The notes under the pieces were generated by a model that worked only from the letters and a program-made list of their open reading frames with translations, was not told the DNA's origin and ran no database searches. The position numbers were made by a program, and so were the translations under genes. Shown one piece after another: positions 1-11,096 of a stretch of 64,000 nt of DNA. Every line of letters starts with the position of its first letter. Position 1 is the stretch's first letter. The stretch is from an uncultured delta proteobacterium (lineage in GTDB: Bacteria > Desulfobacterota > Binatia > UBA9968), in assembly GCA_963727625.1 (NCBI GenBank), contig CAVSHR010000004.1:1440001-1504000 (forward strand), given 5' to 3'.

Positions 1-258
1 ATACGGCACCGATATCGTCTGCACTGCGCCTGTGGCGGGCACCACGGTGCCGTAAACGGTGATGTCTTCGCTTATCGTTTCTTTCTTGGCAGCGGCGACT
101 TTTACCGAAGCGATCGGCCCTGCGCTCTGGTCGACCTTCGCGACGTTGTTCTCATCGGCCGTCCCAGACTGATCGCCACGCACAAACCACCAGTAGCCGA
201 CGGCCATGAGCGCTGCGGTGGCTATGACGACGGCAATCGTTTTGAGCGTTCGAGTCAC
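1..258 (-). CDS. Efflux RND transporter periplasmic adaptor (membrane fusion protein), 5' part; runs off the window
   Basis: GTG at 258 overlaps the TolC stop (GTGA) with GGAGG upstream; reads MTRTLKTIAVVIATAALMAVGYWWFVRG...ASVKVAAAKKETISEDITVYGTV, an N-terminal anchor typical of MFPs. Confidence 0.75.
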   Translation of the reverse strand, partial: MTRTLKTIAVVIATAALMAVGYWWFVRGDQSGTADENNVAKVDQSAGPIASVKVAAAKKETISEDITVYGTVVPATGAVQTISVPY

Positions 259-1769
259 GGATTTACCTCCTTCCTCCCGACCGGTGACAGATAGCGCCCC
301 GCGGCAATTTCCAGGGCGACATGCATATCGGCTAACTGGCGCTTGAGATCGACAAGCTCCATTTGTTTCGAAACTAACTCGGCTCGCGCATTGTAATAGG
401 TCAAGATATCGGCGTTGCCTTGGCGTAACGCCTCGCGATAGGACTCGGTCACTTTTTGCAGTGTCGGAATCGCGCGTTCGGTGGCCTCGCTCTGGCGCCG
501 CAAGGATCTCATATCGGCGAGAATCCGCGCGACTTCGCCGCGGGCTTCAAACAGGCGCACGACATACTCGTCGAAGAGCTTGGCCCGGGTAGCCTTTTCG
601 ATCGCGATGGCACCCTGGTTGCGGTCGAAAAGAGGAAGATCGATGGTGATTCCGAAACCCGTAGTTACGATGTTGCTGGTATCGCCGGCGCGCGAAAAGC
701 CGAGGCTAATTTTTGGAAACTGCGCCAATACCGCTGATCCCAGCCGTTCCTCTTGACTCTGATATCCCTGCTTGAGCGCGAGCAGATCGAGGCGCGACCG
801 CTCGAGTCCGCCGACGAGCTCGGCGGCGGGCGGCAGAAGTTGCGGCTCGGGCGGGCTTATTTTTGTCTCAAGCGCAATGAACTCCTCCGAGGGAAAACCT
901 AGCAATTGATTGAGCGCCATGCGCTCCTGCTCGCGCTGTTGATCCAGCGCGAGCACGGACGCGTGCATTTTTTGCAAGGCCGCCTCCGCGGCAGCCAAGT
1001 CGACTACCGTGACGAAACCGAGGTCCGCAGCTCGTTTAACGAGATCGAGATTCTCCCCAAGTCTTACCTCCTCTTGTCCGGCAATCTCCAACTGCCGGTC
1101 GAAGAAATACAGATGATACACTTGGAGCTTTGCAGCTTGGGCGGTCTGCCATTCTTGCCAGGCGATATCGAGATCCACCGAACTCGCATCGGCTCTGGCG
1201 GCGGCTATTTTGGCGCCCCGTGTAATGAGCGAAGTAATTTCCCAGCTCAAGTCCACACCGAAAGCATTGACCAATCCTGGCGTCGTAGTTCCGCCGGTGG
1301 GTACATCGAGTTTATAAGAAAGCTGCGGGTTGGGCAGAATCCCAGCCTGCAGAAGCTGCGCCTCCGCGATCCCCCTTTGATCCCGGCTGGCGCGCAGTTT
1401 TGGATTTGCGATCACCGCCAAGATCGCCGCTTCGTCAGGCGAGAGCCCGTCGTTGATATTGAAATCGAGCGCTCGCAATATCGGATGATGAATCGTTTTC
1501 GCCTGAACCCGGATGACTTCCGTGCTCGGTGGCGCAAGCTTCGCCGCAACCGACCGTTGGTCGAGCGGCTGCGGCGTATAGGAGGCGCAACCCGACAGTA
1601 AGGCCGGCAACAAGCAAAGGCAGGATGCGCCGCTCGTTACGGTTTTCTTGAACCTGGCGGTTTGCCAAAATGCGCCCGTGAAGTGCTTCGCCCGAATCCG
1701 TTGAACGAAAAACGATTGAATGAAATTAAACTTCTTGCGCGCGTGTTGAGCCTGCTGAAACATGGTCAA
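255..1769 (-). CDS. TolC-family outer membrane efflux lipoprotein
   Basis: Lipobox-like LLSGC; ANPKLRA, LPNPQL and DLPLFDRNQG motifs; true start probably downstream of 1769. Confidence 0.85.
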   Translation of the reverse strand: MTMFQQAQHARKKFNFIQSFFVQRIRAKHFTGAFWQTARFKKTVTSGASCLCLLPALLSGCASYTPQPLDQRSVAAKLAPPSTEVIRVQAKTIHHPILRALDFNINDGLSPDEAAILAVIANPKLRASRDQRGIAEAQLLQAGILPNPQLSYKLDVPTGGTTTPGLVNAFGVDLSWEITSLITRGAKIAAARADASSVDLDIAWQEWQTAQAAKLQVYHLYFFDRQLEIAGQEEVRLGENLDLVKRAADLGFVTVVDLAAAEAALQKMHASVLALDQQREQERMALNQLLGFPSEEFIALETKISPPEPQLLPPAAELVGGLERSRLDLLALKQGYQSQEERLGSAVLAQFPKISLGFSRAGDTSNIVTTGFGITIDLPLFDRNQGAIAIEKATRAKLFDEYVVRLFEARGEVARILADMRSLRRQSEATERAIPTLQKVTESYREALRQGNADILTYYNARAELVSKQMELVDLKRQLADMHVALEIAAGRYLSPVGRKEVNP

Positions 1770-1853
1770 TATTTTTTCAAGAACCTGCTGGGAATTCGAT
1801 GGTCGAACCGAGCCGTGCGTGCAATGCCTAGCCCCGCCATCGACGCTCAGTCG

Positions 1854-2435
1854 CTAACCATTTGCGATCTTAGTGACGCTTTCGCCGCAAAGCGCGCCTA
1901 GTTCGATCCGGCAAGATTCCAGCACGTCCGTCGCCGCGACGCCGGATTGGCGGAAGACGATGCGCGCCAGGCTTGGCGGCGGAGCCCACCGTGCGAAATT
2001 TGCCTGGAGAAACAAGACGACAGTTCTGACCCGCAAGGCGCAAGCCAAATGAGCCGGACCACTGTCACAGGCGACAATCAGATCGCAGTGAGTGACCATC
2101 GAAGCCACACTTCTGATATTCGGCTCGAAAACAACCGGCACCCGATGGCCCAATACGGATTGCAGATAGACCAGGGTTTCCGTTTCCTCGGGCCCGACGA
2201 AGTCGAGCGTCGCCTGGGGAAAGTATTTGCGCAGAAACAAGATGGCCGGTGTCGCCAATATTAAATCGCCCATGCGAAAGAGACTGCGGACCAGCAAAAT
2301 CCTGTTGATATCCTCGCCTCGGAGATCGGTCTTCTGAACGCTCGCGCCGGCCGTGATCCCATTCGGTGCCCACATGACGCCGGCGCGAAATCTTCGATCG
2401 AGAAAAAAGCGAAACGCTTCACGGCTCTCTTTCAT
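1854..2435 (-). pseudogene. Glycosyltransferase family 9 (heptosyltransferase-like), apparently with an internal in-frame deletion
   Basis: Has the N-terminal RILLVRS..MGDLILATPAI and C-terminal CDSGPAHLACAL motifs, but is only 193 aa. Confidence 0.6.
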
Positions 2436-2924
2436 TCGCCATTCTTACCAATGCTTTGTTCCATGCAATAAGTTTTACCCAGAGCGAATGGCGAAGTCAC
2501 ACGCAAGCGTTGCCTGTAGCTTGCCTCAAAATTACAGATTGGAAAGGTTTGCTGCGAGCAGTGAAGAATACGGCCGCAGCGGATTTGTGGATTCGTTATC
2601 GTCAACGCACGGGCGAAGTTTGCTCCTGTACCTCCAGTGGCTCCGGTTTGTTCGTCAAGGCGACCGCGTAATCGTTTTTCGGCGACTAAAAAACACCCCC
2701 GTGCAAAGCCGCGAGACGGTAGTTGTTTCGTTCTGAGATCGGAAACCCGTCTAGCAATAATGGGCTAAGCGCCGCGCTCTCAGTCATCGCGATCTCGCTT
2801 GGATCAGTGCCGAGTCGCGTCCGCCAAAATTCGCCGCGACGGCGAATTCAATAAGCCGTTTTCGAACGAGTCGCCGGAGCAACGACAGCCTTTTCAGAGA
2901 TAATCGACCTATCCTCGGCTATAG

Positions 2925-3836
2925 CTATGGAGCGATCAGCTTGCGCATCACTCTGCCGGCAAACAAGGTATGCAGCCGGCGCGGCGTAAATTTGAGAAGC
3001 CTTACGAGCATCCGATTGTGCCAACCGGGAATGGTTACCGAAGTTTTCCCGAGTTTCCTTAAAGCCGTCCGGACGACGGGTTGCACCGCCATCGCCGCGA
3101 CCGCGGGTGATCCGGCCAAAGCGTGAAATTCGGTCTCCGTCGACCCCGGACACAGCGCTAAGACTTCCACGCCAGAATCTTCCAGCTCGTACCGGAGAGA
3201 TTCCGCCAGGAAGAGTTCGTAAACCTTGCTCGCTGAGTATGTCGCTTCGAAGGGAGTGGCGAGGTAGCCACTTACCGACGAAACCATAATAATTCCGCCT
3301 CGCTTGCGCTTTGCCATTTGGCGCGCGAAGACATGGCTCAATAACAGCGGCGCCCGGCAGTTGACGTTCAACAGATCCAACTCTCTCTCCATTTCATGCT
3401 CGATAAATCTTCCCGCCAGCCCGAATCCGGCGTTGTTGACCAAAAGGCCGATTTCTAGGGAAACTGTTTCGGCCAGAATGACGTGCAGAAAATCCGCTTG
3501 AGTTAAGTCGACGGCAATCACTTTGGTTTGAATGTTGGTCTCGTGTTCCAGCCGCTGCGCCAAGTCATTGAGCCGTTGCTTGCGTCGGGCCACGAGAACC
3601 AAATTAAATTTCTGTTCGGCCAATTGCCGGGCAAACTCAGCGCCGATGCCGGCGGAGGCACCGGTGACAAGCGCCCATGGTCCGAAGCGTTGCAAAAAAC
3701 GAGAATCGCCATTTACCCCACTCACACTAAACCTCCCGCGGCCGGCAGCGAATATTTTACCCGCAAGCTTGCAAACAGCCCGAATGACCTTCGATGTTGC
3801 CGCAACGAAGACGTCGTCATTCTTTCCAACGTGCAC
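2925..3836 (-). CDS. SDR family NAD(P)-dependent oxidoreductase
   Basis: TGASAGIG, NNAG and YSASK motifs; real start probably about 35-40 codons downstream. Confidence 0.9.
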   Translation of the reverse strand: MHVGKNDDVFVAATSKVIRAVCKLAGKIFAAGRGRFSVSGVNGDSRFLQRFGPWALVTGASAGIGAEFARQLAEQKFNLVLVARRKQRLNDLAQRLEHETNIQTKVIAVDLTQADFLHVILAETVSLEIGLLVNNAGFGLAGRFIEHEMERELDLLNVNCRAPLLLSHVFARQMAKRKRGGIIMVSSVSGYLATPFEATYSASKVYELFLAESLRYELEDSGVEVLALCPGSTETEFHALAGSPAVAAMAVQPVVRTALRKLGKTSVTIPGWHNRMLVRLLKFTPRRLHTLFAGRVMRKLIAP

Positions 3837-4010
3837 CGGTCGCTACGGTTCCGTTTCGGTCGCATTCTCGCTTGCATAGAATTCCGTACAGGCCTGCAGT
3901 GATTACCGGCTTACCCCTACGACAAATCTAACGGGCGAGCGACGCGAAGTAACGCGGCAACGTGACCGGGAGCTTTCCGCCGGATTACAGATCTGAAAGG
4001 TTTGACGAGA

Positions 4011-5414
4011 TTAGGTTGAAACGAGCGGACTGAGCGGCAGAGAGAGCGTGAAAACCGATCCGTTTTCCGGCGTGCTTTGGACATCGACGGTGCCATGGTG
4101 AGCGTGAACGACGGCTTTAACCAAGCTCAAGCCGAGGCCGAGCCCCGGCTGAGAGCGGCTTTTGTCGCCGCGGTAAAGGCGATCCCAAATTTTGGCAAAG
4201 TCTTCCGGCGCGATCGATACGCCGGTGTCTTCGAAGCTGATGATCGTGCGCGTCGGCTCCTGGCGCGCTCGGATGATCACTTGGCCACCGTCGGAATTGT
4301 ACTTGATGGCGTTGTCCATGAGATTTGCGAAGACCTGGCGCATACGATTTTGGTCCGCGGTGATGATCATGTCCGGTGAACCGTTGACCGATATCGATAT
4401 GTTTTTTTCCTCGGCGACATATTGATAGAGCTCGGCCACCTCGGCGAGCATTTTGGCCAAATCGAGCTTTTCCGGATTGAGACGCATCGTGCCGGTTTCG
4501 GCTTCGGAAACATCCATGAGCGAGTTAAGCAACGATAGTATTCGATCCGATTCTTCGATGCTGTTAGCGAGCGCTTCGCGGTATTGCTCCGGATCCGGTC
4601 GGCCCTGCAGCGCCACCTCAGCCGCGCCGCGTAAGCGCGTTATCGGCGTTCTCAGGTCGTGTGCGACATTGTCAAGCGATTCTTTCATGGCTGTAATCAG
4701 CGCCTCGATCCGACCGAGCATTTGGTTAAACAACATAGTGAGATCGTCTAATTCATCGCCGCGACCGCTTTCGGGAACGCGCGCGTTTACGTTACCGGTA
4801 ACAACAATCGATTGAATGACTTGGGAAAGATGGCGCACGGGCCGCAGCGCGCGAAACGCTAGAAAACTGCCGCCAGCCAGGCCGATGACGATCATGCCGA
4901 TCGTCACGCCGATGATCGTGTCGCGGTAATGCTCCAGGATCTCCTTACGATCCTGGATTTCCTTACCGACTTGCAGCAAGAAATCGCCCGGCAAACTCAC
5001 GGTCATCACTTCGAGCACGTCTCTATCTTCGGACGATGGCACGTATTGCCAAATGCCATTGGCAGCTGAGTTTCGAGAAACCGAATAAAACTCTTTCCAG
5101 ATTTTTGGATTGCTCTCGTAACTGACGGCGCCATGGTTATCGATCACGCGGATCACAACCCCTTTGCGACTGTAGTTGGGGTATCGGTTCGTATCCAATT
5201 GACCGATCGAGTGTACGCTATCCTGTTTCGCGATAGCTTTGAGCTCCTTCACCTTTGCCTGAATGATTTTGCTGTTGTCACGCACTGCCGAGGACAGATA
5301 AACATAGGAAATAATCGAGAGCGCCACCGTGATGACGAGGAAACTCACCGCGTACCAAATCGTCAGACGCAGGGCGAGGCTGTTTTTTATTCGGCTACTC
5401 GATTTTAAGCGCAT
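4011..5414 (-). CDS. HAMP-domain sensor histidine kinase (CusS/CzcS-like)
   Basis: Two TM segments, HAMP, H-box AHDLRTP, N box NLMDNAIKY, GLGLGL. Confidence 0.92.
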   Translation of the reverse strand: MRLKSSSRIKNSLALRLTIWYAVSFLVITVALSIISYVYLSSAVRDNSKIIQAKVKELKAIAKQDSVHSIGQLDTNRYPNYSRKGVVIRVIDNHGAVSYESNPKIWKEFYSVSRNSAANGIWQYVPSSEDRDVLEVMTVSLPGDFLLQVGKEIQDRKEILEHYRDTIIGVTIGMIVIGLAGGSFLAFRALRPVRHLSQVIQSIVVTGNVNARVPESGRGDELDDLTMLFNQMLGRIEALITAMKESLDNVAHDLRTPITRLRGAAEVALQGRPDPEQYREALANSIEESDRILSLLNSLMDVSEAETGTMRLNPEKLDLAKMLAEVAELYQYVAEEKNISISVNGSPDMIITADQNRMRQVFANLMDNAIKYNSDGGQVIIRARQEPTRTIISFEDTGVSIAPEDFAKIWDRLYRGDKSRSQPGLGLGLSLVKAVVHAHHGTVDVQSTPENGSVFTLSLPLSPLVST

Positions 5415-6069
5415 ATCCAACACCTCTATGCGTGTGAATCAGCTTGTTATTAAAATCCCGGTCGATTTTGTTGCGCAAACGCGATACCAGCACGTCTACA
5501 ATGTTAGTCATCGGGTCAAAATCGTAGCCCCACACATGTGCGATGATCATCGTCTTGGAAACAACCTTACCGGCATTGCGCATTAGATATTCCAGCAGGG
5601 CGAACTCACGAGGCTGCAAATCGATCTTCTGCCCCGCCCGATCGACCTCCCGGCTCAACAAGTCCAACCGAAGATCCCCGAATCGGACCTCGGTGGGCTC
5701 GGGCGTACGATGGCTTCGGCGAATCAACGCCTGGACGCGAGCGAGCAACTCCACGAATGAGAACGGTTTGGTCAGGTAGTCGTCGCCGCCGCCTTGCAGG
5801 CCTTTGACGCGATCGTCGACCGATCGTTTGGCGCTCAAGACGATAACCGGCGTAAGAATTTTTCGCTCTCGAAGACGGGCGATCATGGTCAAACCGTCGA
5901 TTTCCGGCAGCATGATATCCACGATCGCAGCGTCATATTCGAATGCGATCGCCCGTTTGAGCCCTTTTTCCCCATCCGCAGCGTGATCAACGGCAAAGCC
6001 CGCCTGCGTCAATCCCTTGACCACGAACGAGGCGATCTTCTTGTCATCTTCGACGACTAGAATCCGCAT
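5395..6069 (-). CDS. OmpR-family response regulator (CusR/CzcR-like)
   Basis: MRILVVEDD, DIMLP, DDYLTKPF and winged-helix THRGVGY. Confidence 0.95.
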   Translation of the reverse strand: MRILVVEDDKKIASFVVKGLTQAGFAVDHAADGEKGLKRAIAFEYDAAIVDIMLPEIDGLTMIARLRERKILTPVIVLSAKRSVDDRVKGLQGGGDDYLTKPFSFVELLARVQALIRRSHRTPEPTEVRFGDLRLDLLSREVDRAGQKIDLQPREFALLEYLMRNAGKVVSKTMIIAHVWGYDFDPMTNIVDVLVSRLRNKIDRDFNNKLIHTHRGVGYALKIE

Positions 6070-6400
6070 CGACTTTCTGTCCAAATTGCTTCCACTGCTA
6101 CCGCCAAAATTGTAGAAAATAATGTAACCAGACTCGGTGCTTCAATGCGATCACATGGACTCTTTGGCCCTCGGGACGAAATGCGCACGAATTCGTTTAA
6201 GAACAGACTGGCATTCCAGAGCGGAAAACGCAAAAATTAGCCCCTCCGGAGAATATTAACCCTCCGGCCCGGGTCCCCGCGCAATAAAATCGAAACCTGT
6301 TTTGGATGAAAACAACGTGCCGGTCTACAAGCTAGCCGTCGTTGCAACATCGCGCCTGGCCAAAAGCTTGAATCAAACCAACGACGAGCACCGTGACGAA

Positions 6401-7372
6401 CTATGATTTCAGTGCCTCGGGATTCAAAACATGCCCCGGTTTGCCGGCGACGAAAGATACGATGTCGTCGACCACCACGGCGTAATATTCCTCGTAGCTT
6501 TCGCGGGTGACGTAGCCGAGGTGAGGCGTGCAGGTGACGTTGTCCATCTTGAGCAGAGGATGATTCACGTCGAGCACAGGCTCGACGTTGTAGACATCCA
6601 CCGCCGCCATGCCCGGCCGGCCGGCTTTGAGCGCCTCTTCCAAAGCGTCCTTGGCGATCAGCCCGGAGCGGCTGGCATTCACGATCAACGCGCTCGATTT
6701 CATCCGCGTGAGATCCGCGCCCGTGACAATGCCGCGGGTTTCCTTGTTGAGCGGCAGATGCAAACTCAGGATATCGGCCTCGGCGAAGAAATCTTCACGG
6801 CTCTTCGCCACCTCGAAGCCTGCGGTCTTCGCCCGTCCCGTCGAGCCTTCCCGCCCCCAGCACAACACCCGCGCTCCGAAGGCCTTCCCCGCGGCGGCGA
6901 CGATGCTGCCGATCTTGCCGTATGCGTAGATGCCTAGGGTCTTGCCGTTGACACCGATGCCGAGGGTCGACTGCCATTGGCCCTCTTTCAACCGCCGTAC
7001 TTCATACGGTAGATGGCGCAGCGCGCTGAGGATCAACCCCCAAGTCAACTCCGCGGTCGCATGTGGATTGCCGCTGCCGCCCGCCGACACGACGACCCCA
7101 TTCTCTGTGCACGCCGCTAAATCGATATGCGCCGCCGCCCGGCCGGTCTGGCCGATCAATTTCAATTTCGGCAGCTTTTCGATCAACGCCCGTGAAAAGG
7201 CCGTGCGTTGCTGTGTCAGCACGACGGCGTCGGCGTCTCTCAAACGGTCGGCGATTTTTTCAATGTCGGTCTCAGGCTCGGTGTATACGATCACCTCGTG
7301 GCCGCTTAGCTTGGGATAACATTTCAAAGTTTTGAATGCGTTTTGGTAATCGTCGATCACGGCGATTTTCAT
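6401..7372 (-). CDS. D-2-hydroxyacid dehydrogenase family protein
   Basis: GIYAYGKIG, VNASRSG, DVYNVEP and TPHLG motifs. Confidence 0.92.
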   Translation of the reverse strand: MKIAVIDDYQNAFKTLKCYPKLSGHEVIVYTEPETDIEKIADRLRDADAVVLTQQRTAFSRALIEKLPKLKLIGQTGRAAAHIDLAACTENGVVVSAGGSGNPHATAELTWGLILSALRHLPYEVRRLKEGQWQSTLGIGVNGKTLGIYAYGKIGSIVAAAGKAFGARVLCWGREGSTGRAKTAGFEVAKSREDFFAEADILSLHLPLNKETRGIVTGADLTRMKSSALIVNASRSGLIAKDALEEALKAGRPGMAAVDVYNVEPVLDVNHPLLKMDNVTCTPHLGYVTRESYEEYYAVVVDDIVSFVAGKPGHVLNPEALKS

Positions 7373-7585
7373 GACGGTATCCTCTCTTTTTTGTGATCTT
7401 TGGGCTCAGCTTTTTTGCGTACTTTGCGCGGCACCAGTTCCTTGTATTCGCTCAGGACAAGCTTTGCGGTTAATTATTGAGGTTTGTAAAATATTGTGAC
7501 GGATCGCAATGCTTTTTCCCCTATGAATGTCGGCCAAAAGCTAGTCACTATAATCTGCAAACATCAATAATCCAAATCTCTAAAA

Positions 7586-7607
7586 GGGCGATGAATTGCG
7601 CCCCTAC
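7586..7607. repeat. REP-like palindrome (GTAG-type)
   Basis: Minus strand reads GTAGGGGCGCAATTCATCGCCC: GTAG tetranucleotide followed by a GGGCG/CGCCC stem. Confidence 0.55.
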
Positions 7608-7632
7608 TCTGTAACCGATGCGCCCTTCGCGG

Positions 7633-8547
7633 TTAATTCCCTCTTTGCAATTCCGCCACATAATCGCGTAGCCCCGCCTCCAATTTATATTCCGGATTGA
7701 ACCCCAGCTCGGTGCGCGCTCTCGTGATATCCATGCGCGGGCGCGCGGGCGTGAGCTTGCCGCGCTTCATATCGATAGCCGGAAAAATGGTTTTGAGCGC
7801 TCCTTCGACATCCTCCACAGTCGTCAATACCCCGCTGCCGAGATTATAAATCTGGTGTGGCAGCGGCGCCGTATGCGCCGCAAGAGCGATGCCGTTGGCC
7901 AAGTCCTTGGCGTAAATAAAATCGACGCTCGCGTAAACATTGAGCTCCACCGGTTTGCCCGCCATCGCGTCCCAAACCGCCCGTTGCACCGCTACACCCG
8001 GCCCGCCGGCAACAGAATAATAGCCGTACACACCCGCAAAGCGCAGCAACACCAGCTCGATTTTGTGCCGCGCCGCGTAGGTTCTCAGCACATGCTCGCA
8101 ACCGAGCTTCGAGGCGTTGTACACCCGACCGCGGCTGTCCAGCGGCGAATCTTCATAAAGCAATTCCTTGGGATCCTCGCCAACGTAGAGCGCTTGCGTG
8201 CTGGCGTGAACCACCCGCCGCACACCCATAAGCCGCGCGGCTTCGGCGACGTTGATCGTTGCCACCAGATTCACTTGAAAGCCGGCGTAGACGTTGTCGA
8301 TGTTGGCTTCACCCACCGACGCTGCCAGATGAATCACGCACTCCGGACGAACCCGCTGAAACGCGTCCACCAACGCTGCCAAATCACGGATGTCACCACG
8401 AAACACCGGCAGATCACGACCCGTCACTTGGCGGATGTAATCCGGCCGCGGCGCGAAATCGAAAAACGTCACTTCATCGCCGCGTTCGATCAACTCATTG
8501 GCCGCGTGCGTGCCGATCAAGCCGGCCCCGGTAATCAAAACTCGCAT
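7633..8547 (-). CDS. NAD-dependent epimerase/dehydratase
   Basis: [16 protein letters not shown] and YNASK; GGAGG RBS before ATG 8547. Confidence 0.9.
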   Translation of the reverse strand: MRVLITGAGLIGTHAANELIERGDEVTFFDFAPRPDYIRQVTGRDLPVFRGDIRDLAALVDAFQRVRPECVIHLAASVGEANIDNVYAGFQVNLVATINVAEAARLMGVRRVVHASTQALYVGEDPKELLYEDSPLDSRGRVYNASKLGCEHVLRTYAARHKIELVLLRFAGVYGYYSVAGGPGVAVQRAVWDAMAGKPVELNVYASVDFIYAKDLANGIALAAHTAPLPHQIYNLGSGVLTTVEDVEGALKTIFPAIDMKRGKLTPARPRMDITRARTELGFNPEYKLEAGLRDYVAELQRGN

Positions 8548-8573
8548 CGTAGTCCTCCAGGATTCTTGAACCC

Positions 8574-8652
8574 GTTCAAGGTTCAAAAGTTCAAGGGTTC
8601 AAGGCAGGACTCAGATCTTACCTTTGAACTTTGAACGCTTGAACCCTTGAAC
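8574..8652. repeat. Intergenic inverted array of short tandem repeats, (GTTCAA-N1-2)x4 ... (N1-2-TTGAAC)x4
   Basis: gttcaag gttcaaaa gttcaagg gttcaagg ... tttgaac tttgaac gcttgaac ccttgaac. Confidence 0.75.
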
Positions 8653-8658
8653 GATCAT

Positions 8659-9705
8659 TTACCCGGCCACCTTCAACTTATAGAACCGCCGTGGATTATC
8701 GAAAAGAATTTTTCGTGGCAACGGCTCCGGCAAGTCTTTTCGATTCACCAGCGTATCGATATCGCCGCTGAACTCGTCCCAAGGCCGCTCATGGGGAAAG
8801 TCCGACGCCCATAGCAACTGCCCCGAGCCGATCAACTCTGCCACCGTCGCCAAGGTACGTTCTTCGCGCTCGCATGCATAGAAAAGATTTCCGCCGCGCA
8901 TGATTTCGCTTGGCGATTGCTTGGTTGGATGCGGCCAACGAGCGCGCCGGTGCTCCCAGCTCTCATCCAAGCGATCTGCCAAATACGGCACCCAGCCACA
9001 ACCCGATTCAAGATAGGCGACTCGCAGCTTGGGAAACCGTTCGAACACGCCGTAGATCATCATGCTCGTCACCTGCTGCATCTGCGCGAACGGATGGCTC
9101 AGCGGATAAACTCCGGCAAAAGACTGTACGTGATCCAGCCCAAGCTCTACCGCCGGCCCGCTGTGCACGGCCAGCGGCACATCGAGACGCTCCGCCATCT
9201 GGTAAATCGGATCGAATTCCGGCAAACCGAGGCCGCGCATCGGGCTCATCACTCCCGGCAACATGCCGGCGACCATGCCGAACTCGCGCACAGCGCGTTC
9301 CAATTCCTTGGCCGCATCCACCGGGCCCTGCGGTGCAAGCAGCGCGACACCCTGAAAGCGCGGACTCACACTGAGAAAATCATGATGCAGCCAGTCGTTG
9401 TACGCCCGCGCCAGCGCCGTCGCCCAGTCCCGATCGCGCTGCAAGCCGATATTCAGGCCCTCGTTCGGATAGAGCACGGTCAGCGCGATCTCCGTTGCAT
9501 CGAGAAAGCGCAGCCAAAGGTCAACGCTGGGATGTTCCCGCCGTTGCGGCGACAAGGCTCCCCGCGCCCAGCCGTCCCAGGAAAATAACGGATACTCGCG
9601 CTTCCCCGGCACCGCGCGAAACTGTGGCGGCAAAAACTCTCGCAATTCACAATCGCGTTCGAGCACGTGACCGTCGGCGTCGATTACTGGAAAGGATCGT
9701 TTCAT
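8659..9705 (-). CDS. Amidohydrolase family 2 protein
   Basis: IDADGH, YLESGCGW and WASDFPH motifs. Confidence 0.9.
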   Translation of the reverse strand: MKRSFPVIDADGHVLERDCELREFLPPQFRAVPGKREYPLFSWDGWARGALSPQRREHPSVDLWLRFLDATEIALTVLYPNEGLNIGLQRDRDWATALARAYNDWLHHDFLSVSPRFQGVALLAPQGPVDAAKELERAVREFGMVAGMLPGVMSPMRGLGLPEFDPIYQMAERLDVPLAVHSGPAVELGLDHVQSFAGVYPLSHPFAQMQQVTSMMIYGVFERFPKLRVAYLESGCGWVPYLADRLDESWEHRRARWPHPTKQSPSEIMRGGNLFYACEREERTLATVAELIGSGQLLWASDFPHERPWDEFSGDIDTLVNRKDLPEPLPRKILFDNPRRFYKLKVAG

Positions 9706-9873
9706 GCAAACTCTTTTACTACCCGCCTCTCGGCATCGTCAACACAAACTGGAAGCTTGCGCGGAGGCTTCCTTGTTGACTAGTGAAATTGGCTGTAGGA
9801 TGTTTGAAGAATGGCATCGGTAAGGCCCTTCCGAGACGCACTGAAATGAGTCGCAACGCGCGAGAGGTACAAT

Positions 9874-10455
9874 ATGGCTAATGTAATTTCCATTCATCCT
9901 GCGGTCGATAGAGGCTTGAAACCCGCCGCGGCGAACTTCTCTGGCGGCACGCTGCTCTGTGCCTGCTCGGACAAGAAAGTCGCCGTCGCGATCGGCAGTC
10001 AGTGCGCGCACAACCATGTTTGCGGCTGCACCAAGTGCTGGAAGCCGGCCGGCGCGCTGTTCTCCCAAGTCGCCGTCGTGCCGCGAGAGAAAGTTCGCGT
10101 CACCGCCAACGCGGATAAACTTTCGGTGGTCGATTCAAACGCGGTAATCCAACGGCACGCGTGCAAGGGTTGCGGCGTGCACATGTATGGCAGGATCGAG
10201 AACGAAAAAAAACCATTCTTTGGCTTCGATTTCATTCACACCGAACTGTCTTCCGACGAAGGCTGGACGCCGCCTGAATTTGCCGCCTTTGTCTCCTCAA
10301 TCATCGAATCGGGCGCCGATCCGGCAAGCATGGGCGCGGTCAGAACAAGGCTCAAAGAATTGAAATTGGAGCCCTATGATTGCCTGTCCCCGGCGCTGAT
10401 GGACGCCATCGCCACGCACGCGGCGAAAGCATCCGGCGTTCTTGGCGGCAGATAG
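9874..10455 (+). CDS. gfa: S-(hydroxymethyl)glutathione synthase (glutathione-dependent formaldehyde-activating enzyme)
   Basis: [41 protein letters not shown] and LEPYDCLSP signature motifs. Confidence 0.95.
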   Translation: MANVISIHPAVDRGLKPAAANFSGGTLLCACSDKKVAVAIGSQCAHNHVCGCTKCWKPAGALFSQVAVVPREKVRVTANADKLSVVDSNAVIQRHACKGCGVHMYGRIENEKKPFFGFDFIHTELSSDEGWTPPEFAAFVSSIIESGADPASMGAVRTRLKELKLEPYDCLSPALMDAIATHAAKASGVLGGR

Positions 10456-10545
10456 TGATCTGAAACCGCATCGCGCTCCGTAAAACCGGACGAGTGCGTC
10501 CTCGTAAGAATCCGGCAACTGGGCAAGATTGGCACGATTTCCCAT

Positions 10546-11025
10546 ATGAGTCGTTCCCCTAAGTTCTCGACCGACCGTTCCGGAGTTGTGTTACCGCCGC
10601 CTCTGATCTATGTCGCCTTTTTCCTCGCCGGCATGGGTTTAGAGCGTTACGTGACGTTGGCGCGATTGCCGGTCGGAACCGGACGTGTGTTGGGCGCGCT
10701 GTTCGGCTTCGCTTGTCTGATGCTTACGACCTGGAGCATCCGACGCTTCTGGGCGTCCGGGACGAGTATCGTTCCGATACGCCCCACCACTGCGTTGGTC
10801 ATCGACGGTCCGTATCGGTTCACTCGAAACCCGATGTACCTGGGTTTGCTGTTGCTGTACGCTGGTGTCGCGTCCTGGTTTGGACTCCTTTGGCCGTTGC
10901 TCCTGGCTCCTGCCCTTGTATGGGTGATGGGCGCGAACGTGATCGGCCGCGAAGAGCGTTATCTGGAGCGCAAGTTCGGCGATAAATACCGGGGCTATCA
11001 AGCGCAAGTTCGGCGCTGGTTGTAG
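10546..11025 (+). CDS. Isoprenylcysteine carboxylmethyltransferase (ICMT/PEMT) family membrane protein
   Basis: GPYRFTRNPMYLG and EERYLERKFG..Y..Y...VRRW. Confidence 0.9.
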   Translation: MSRSPKFSTDRSGVVLPPPLIYVAFFLAGMGLERYVTLARLPVGTGRVLGALFGFACLMLTTWSIRRFWASGTSIVPIRPTTALVIDGPYRFTRNPMYLGLLLLYAGVASWFGLLWPLLLAPALVWVMGANVIGREERYLERKFGDKYRGYQAQVRRWL

Positions 11026-11096
11026 GCGGCAACGTTGACAGGTCGGTGCCATCCTGTCTATCTTTCTTAAACCCTATTTCACAGGAGGCGAAAACC

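Noticed and set aside
8574-8652. Possible CRISPR or iteron array
   Set aside because: Units are 7-8 bp with no spacers, and there are no cas or rep genes; no CRISPR array was seen anywhere in the window.
10530-10545. Sigma54 promoter-like TTGGCACG
   Set aside because: No -12 GC at the correct spacing, and it abuts the start codon.
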